Shown here piece after piece: positions 54,352 through 57,642 of a DNA stretch of 57,642 nt (position 1 is its first letter; each line of letters starts with the position of its first letter). The notes under the pieces were generated by a model. It ran no database searches. It was given only the letters and a program-made list of their open reading frames with translations, and was not told the DNA's origin. The stretch is from IMG/VR virus record IMGVR_UViG_3300032093_000156, positions 1-57,642 of that record; one strand, 5' to 3'. The position numbers and the translations under genes were made by a program. The stretch comes from a virus (lineage: Duplodnaviria; Caudoviricetes).

Positions 54352-54902
54352 AATTTAAAAATATTTAGTTTAGGTCTCTTTGGTTTTACTACATCGTAGT
54401 GCCAACCAACAGGCGGTTCTTTTTGTTTATCGTCATTAGGGCAATCTTCTGTCCTCTTGTAAAAGATTATATCACCCGTATAGTCATCCTTTCTTACAAC
54501 GTAATCAGATAGATCTACAGCGACTATCTCATTGTTAATGTATGAGTAGTATATCCAACTTCCTTCCTTTGCCCTGTCAATCAGCCATCCTCTTATGGTA
54601 TCTAACTTATCCTCACGTACAATCTGAAGATCAATTACATTTCTGTACTGAACTACTTGCTGACTATACATCATAAGCACTGTATCCCTAACTGATATAA
54701 TAGAATCCTTTGTTTTTACATCGGATTTGAATCTGGCAATCTTAGCCTTTTGGCTTTCGAATATTGCGTTTATCGTATCAGCCTGTGCCTTAGTAAGGAT
54801 GACAACTGAATCGCCATCAATTACCGTCTGAAGTGGGTAACGTGATTGGCTGAAACTCAAACTGCTTACCGCTAGACTGCCTACGAACAATATCCTTTTC
54901 AT
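54348..54902 (-). CDS. Exported protein with signal peptide (lysis cassette)
   Basis: MKRILFVGSLAVSSLSFSQ signal, then coiled coil. Confidence 0.6.
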   Translation of the reverse strand: MKRILFVGSLAVSSLSFSQSRYPLQTVIDGDSVVILTKAQADTINAIFESQKAKIARFKSDVKTKDSIISVRDTVLMMYSQQVVQYRNVIDLQIVREDKLDTIRGWLIDRAKEGSWIYYSYINNEIVAVDLSDYVVRKDDYTGDIIFYKRTEDCPNDDKQKEPPVGWHYDVVKPKRPKLNIFKL

Positions 54903-55176
54903 TTGCTAGTTCTTTTTTAATATCTTTTACCACAGACTTTGTGCTATCCAAATCACCAATAACCTCAGACACCATATTCTCAAGATTAGCCTTATCCTCT
55001 GTGAGCTGTTTGTTTGCCTCCTTTAATGTACTTACACTCTTTGTGAGCTTCTTGTTCTCACCAGTAAGCTGTATGTTATCCTCAACCACAACAACGTGAC
55101 CATGTCCGCTTGAGAATACTTGCATTACCACTAGCGTAATGAACAGAGAGCCTACAATGATGAGCTTACGTTTCAT
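54817..55176 (-). CDS. i-spanin-like protein (N-terminal TM, coiled coil)
   Basis: TM residues 5-22, long heptad region, 3' end overlaps the next gene. Confidence 0.5.
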   Translation of the reverse strand: MKRKLIIVGSLFITLVVMQVFSSGHGHVVVVEDNIQLTGENKKLTKSVSTLKEANKQLTEDKANLENMVSEVIGDLDSTKSVVKDIKKELANEKDIVRRQSSGKQFEFQPITLPTSDGN

Positions 55177-55415
55177 TTCTTACTTAAGAACATAAGAACT
55201 ATCTCCTTGAGACTCTTAGAGCTCTCAGTGCTTTCTGTAAGCTTGCTGTCAAGCTTCTCACGATACTCACCCTCTAGATCGTTTACCTTTGCCTTAAGAT
55301 CATCCTCACTCTTCATAAGCCTATTGAGAAACATCCAACACAAATAACCAAGCGCTAGGACAGCAAATCCTAACACACCATACTGAGTTAATACTTCAAA
55401 AGGACCAAATGACAT
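55173..55415 (-). CDS. BhlA-like single-TM holin
   Basis: LTQYGVLGFAVLALGYLCWMF followed by a coiled coil. Confidence 0.6.
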   Translation of the reverse strand: MSFGPFEVLTQYGVLGFAVLALGYLCWMFLNRLMKSEDDLKAKVNDLEGEYREKLDSKLTESTESSKSLKEIVLMFLSKK

Positions 55416-55549
55416 TATTTGTTATCTAGGTGTCGTTTGATAAATACCCAAGCCACATAGCCAAGTGCTAGTGCCACTAATCCAATTGGTCCATATTCAG
55501 ACAATTGGCTAAATACACCAAAATCGGGTGCCGTTGATACTGTGTCCAT
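55415..55549 (-). CDS. 44-aa single-TM paralogue of the adjacent holin
   Basis: Read manually: MDTVSTAPDFGVFSQLSEYGPIGLVALALGYVAWVFIKRHLDNK, TAATG coupling at both ends. Confidence 0.7.
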   Translation of the reverse strand: MDTVSTAPDFGVFSQLSEYGPIGLVALALGYVAWVFIKRHLDNK

Positions 55550-55803
55550 TATCTATTAATTATTAATTGTTTGACTGCGTCTGATAGCTCAGCTACACTT
55601 TTAGCTAAGTTCTTTATCTCAAGTTGAGTTTGCTCTTGTATGGCTTGATATTTAAGGCGTGACTCCTGTTCTACAAGCTCAATTTTTCCTTTGAGCTTGC
55701 CTGCATCCTCAGTATTTTTACGAACATCTGCGTGTACCATTCTTAAAAAATATCCTATAATAGCTATGGCCGTAACCATTCCAAACTGAATCAACTCTTG
55801 CAT
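55549..55803 (-). CDS. Single-TM coiled-coil (holin-like) protein
   Basis: N-terminal TM plus heptad repeats. Confidence 0.6.
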   Translation of the reverse strand: MQELIQFGMVTAIAIIGYFLRMVHADVRKNTEDAGKLKGKIELVEQESRLKYQAIQEQTQLEIKNLAKSVAELSDAVKQLIINR

Positions 55804-56225
55804 TATCTTTTGATAAATCTATAAACAAAATAAAGTATAGCAAAGATAATTAAAATCGGCAACAAGTTATTTAACAGCTTCTTCCACCATGGAGTCTTTT
55901 CATAGTACTTAACAGGTATCTTTCGCTCGATAATTTTATCTACGTAGACAGTGTCACACTTACCTTCAATGAACACCTGATCACCCTTCATCCATACCTT
56001 TACCTTCAACTGCTCTTTCTCTAAGAAGATAGTATCAAGTAAATCATTCACCTTGACAACTGTGTCAACCTTAACCTCAGGTACAACAACTCTGATAGTA
56101 TCATGAATGGTGATACTATCGGTAGTTATTAACTCAGGATGCTTTTCAATTAGTCGAGTGAACCTAGCTTTCGGACTGCACGCTATCATCGTTAGCGCTG
56201 TCAGTATTATTAGCAGATGCTTCAT
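55803..56225 (-). CDS. Lipoprotein with C-terminal TM (u-spanin-like topology)
   Basis: Signal plus lipobox MIA-C, beta-rich middle with DT repeats, C-terminal LLPILIIFAILYFVY. Confidence 0.65.
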   Translation of the reverse strand: MKHLLIILTALTMIACSPKARFTRLIEKHPELITTDSITIHDTIRVVVPEVKVDTVVKVNDLLDTIFLEKEQLKVKVWMKGDQVFIEGKCDTVYVDKIIERKIPVKYYEKTPWWKKLLNNLLPILIIFAILYFVYRFIKR

Positions 56226-56319
56226 TTAAGATGTTTAATAATGGGATACAAAATTTACCAGGCATTTCTGATAATAACACCTCGATTTTTTTTACTTGTT
56301 CTTCGTTTAAAGTGATCAT
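56164..56319 (-). CDS. Small protein (51 aa), possible fibre-associated chaperone
   Basis: Read manually: MITLNEEQVKKIEVLLSEMPGKFCIPLLNILNEAS... Confidence 0.55.
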   Translation of the reverse strand: MITLNEEQVKKIEVLLSEMPGKFCIPLLNILNEASANNTDSANDDSVQSES

Positions 56320-56325
56320 GTGATA

Positions 56326-56595
56326 TTAAATTAAAGTTACGCCAATAGCGGCAGCAACATACTCGTTCACTACGTTGTTGTCAGTACCCCAAGCTGCGAA
56401 CTCTTCCTCAGTCAAAGTGTAGTTACCTTGCGATAGTTGTAGTCCGTCTTCCGTTAGGAGCTGCCAATACGTTGTGCAAGTCGTTGCCTCAGTTGTAAAG
56501 TTAAGAACTAAAACGGACATTTGCGTAGCCGTTCCTGCGTTTAGTGGGTATACAATTGGTTCAATTGCTACTCCTTGTGTTGGTTGTGTTTTCAT
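56326..56595 (-). CDS. Tail-fibre-associated small protein
   Basis: 89 aa directly downstream of the fibre gene, GNYTLTEEEFAAWGTDN. Confidence 0.65.
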   Translation of the reverse strand: MKTQPTQGVAIEPIVYPLNAGTATQMSVLVLNFTTEATTCTTYWQLLTEDGLQLSQGNYTLTEEEFAAWGTDNNVVNEYVAAAIGVTLI

Positions 56596-56605
56596 ATTTT
56601 TATTA

Positions 56606-57640
56606 TTAAACTATTTTTAATGTTCCTCCGTCATTCCATATTGCGCCTGTTGGAAGTCCTGCGCTTGAGGTTGGTAAGTTGCCAAATACAACACGTCCTG
56701 CCGTTGTCTCAATTGCTCTAAAATCTGCCGCACTTGTTAGCGTTGGATTGATGTACAATCCCCGTGTAATGCCGTTAGCTCCGCCCGTTTGGTTAATAGT
56801 TGGAATAATTACACTTGAACTATATGTAGCCGTTCCGCTTGTTGGTGCAAAACCTTTTGAAATTAAAAATACATTCTGCGTTCCCGTTGTAGCCGTTCCA
56901 TTGATACCATTAAGCATTACCATCCCAATTCCTGCTGGAGTTGCCGAAGAAACAACTCTTGAGTTCAGAACTAAATGCAAACCCGAAGGCTCAGAATCTC
57001 CCGAAGCATCAGTTGCATAAACACGAAATGCGCTTGTGCCTTGGCTTCCTATTCGAATATACCCATTATCTTGAACTTGCAAAAGAGTTGTTGAGTCACT
57101 ATTTGCAATGGTAAATGCAGTTGTAGTACTTAAATTACTTGCACCCCTCACCCTCGCAGTCCCGTTAACGTCAAGTTTGAATCCTGCGTCTGTGGTGGTG
57201 TTGATTAACCAATTTCCCGTTGTCGCTATTCTTCCTACAGCGTTATTATTTGTTGCAAAAACTAATGGATGATTTGATGAAGTACCAAAAGAAAAAGCGT
57301 CAAGTCCAGCACTTGGATTAAAACCACCCGTTCTTGTTCCGTCTGATATAGTTAATTTAAAATTGGGATTTGATGTGCCAATTCCAACACTACCACTTGT
57401 TGTGTTAAGCAATACATTACCAACGGTTGTTTCGATTGCTCGGAAATCAAAAGCTGAAGTTACAGTTGGCGCAATATAAAGACCGCGTGTGACTCCCGTA
57501 GCTGTTCCCGTTTGATTGATTGTAAATCTTAAATCCAGTGCATAATATTCAGCATTTCCACTTGATGGAATCCATGTTGTATCTGCATACAATGCCCTAA
57601 AAAATCCGTTTGTTGGTGCTTGCCCACCCGTTGACCAAAA
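56606..57640 (-). CDS. Tail fibre protein (5' part outside the window)
   Basis: Frame stays open to the window edge. GSVGIGTSNP and INTTTDAGFKLDVNG fibre repeats, duplicated INQTG..TRGLYI.PT.TSA.DFRAIETT module. Confidence 0.8.
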   Translation of the reverse strand, partial: FWSTGGQAPTNGFFRALYADTTWIPSSGNAEYYALDLRFTINQTGTATGVTRGLYIAPTVTSAFDFRAIETTVGNVLLNTTSGSVGIGTSNPNFKLTISDGTRTGGFNPSAGLDAFSFGTSSNHPLVFATNNNAVGRIATTGNWLINTTTDAGFKLDVNGTARVRGASNLSTTTAFTIANSDSTTLLQVQDNGYIRIGSQGTSAFRVYATDASGDSEPSGLHLVLNSRVVSSATPAGIGMVMLNGINGTATTGTQNVFLISKGFAPTSGTATYSSSVIIPTINQTGGANGITRGLYINPTLTSAADFRAIETTAGRVVFGNLPTSSAGLPTGAIWNDGGTLKIV

Positions 57641-57642
57641 AC

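Noticed and set aside
1435-57020. Many opposite-strand or alternative-frame ORFs in the track (e.g. 1435..1920, 2221..2472, 26641..27165, 56679..57020)
   Set aside because: They are shadows of better-supported genes, with atypical composition and no motifs.
1-57642. Stop-codon reassignment as in some crAss-like phages
   Set aside because: Genes are full-length and tightly packed under the standard code, and TAA, TAG and TGA all act as stops.

Overview
Partial genome of a tailed dsDNA phage of a Bacteroidota (probably Flavobacteriia-like) host, inferred from TAnnTTTG promoters, the absence of Shine-Dalgarno sites, a DUF3127-type SSB and a VirE-N primase. The + strand (0.9-19.5 kb) carries early, recombination and replication genes: small acidic ORFs, a PAPS-reductase-like enzyme, exonuclease/SSB, primase-helicase, HNH, SF2 helicase, VRR-NUC and a metallophosphoesterase. 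No DNA polymerase, RNA polymerase or integrase is visible. The - strand (57.6-19.5 kb) carries a podovirus-type late operon: tail fibre (cut by the window edge), a large lysis cassette, GroES-like chaperone, terminase, portal, scaffold, major capsid, adaptor/nozzle proteins and ejection proteins, ending in a 3643-aa polyvalent protein. Best candidate for an undescribed system: a mucin-like poly-Thr virion protein translationally coupled to a glycosyltransferase resembling plant protein O-glycosyltransferases (GT95/GT96), both sitting between the two halves of the tail-nozzle gene, which suggests phage-encoded O-glycosylation of the tail. Non-coding highlights: a dif-like XerCD site, a Fur-box-like site and rRNA-type boxA at the early promoter, an origin-like inverted iteron array with IHF-like sites, two kissing-loop/pseudoknot RNA elements, leaderless late genes and a cassette array with conserved junctions. 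All family assignments come from motif recognition by eye, not database searches.
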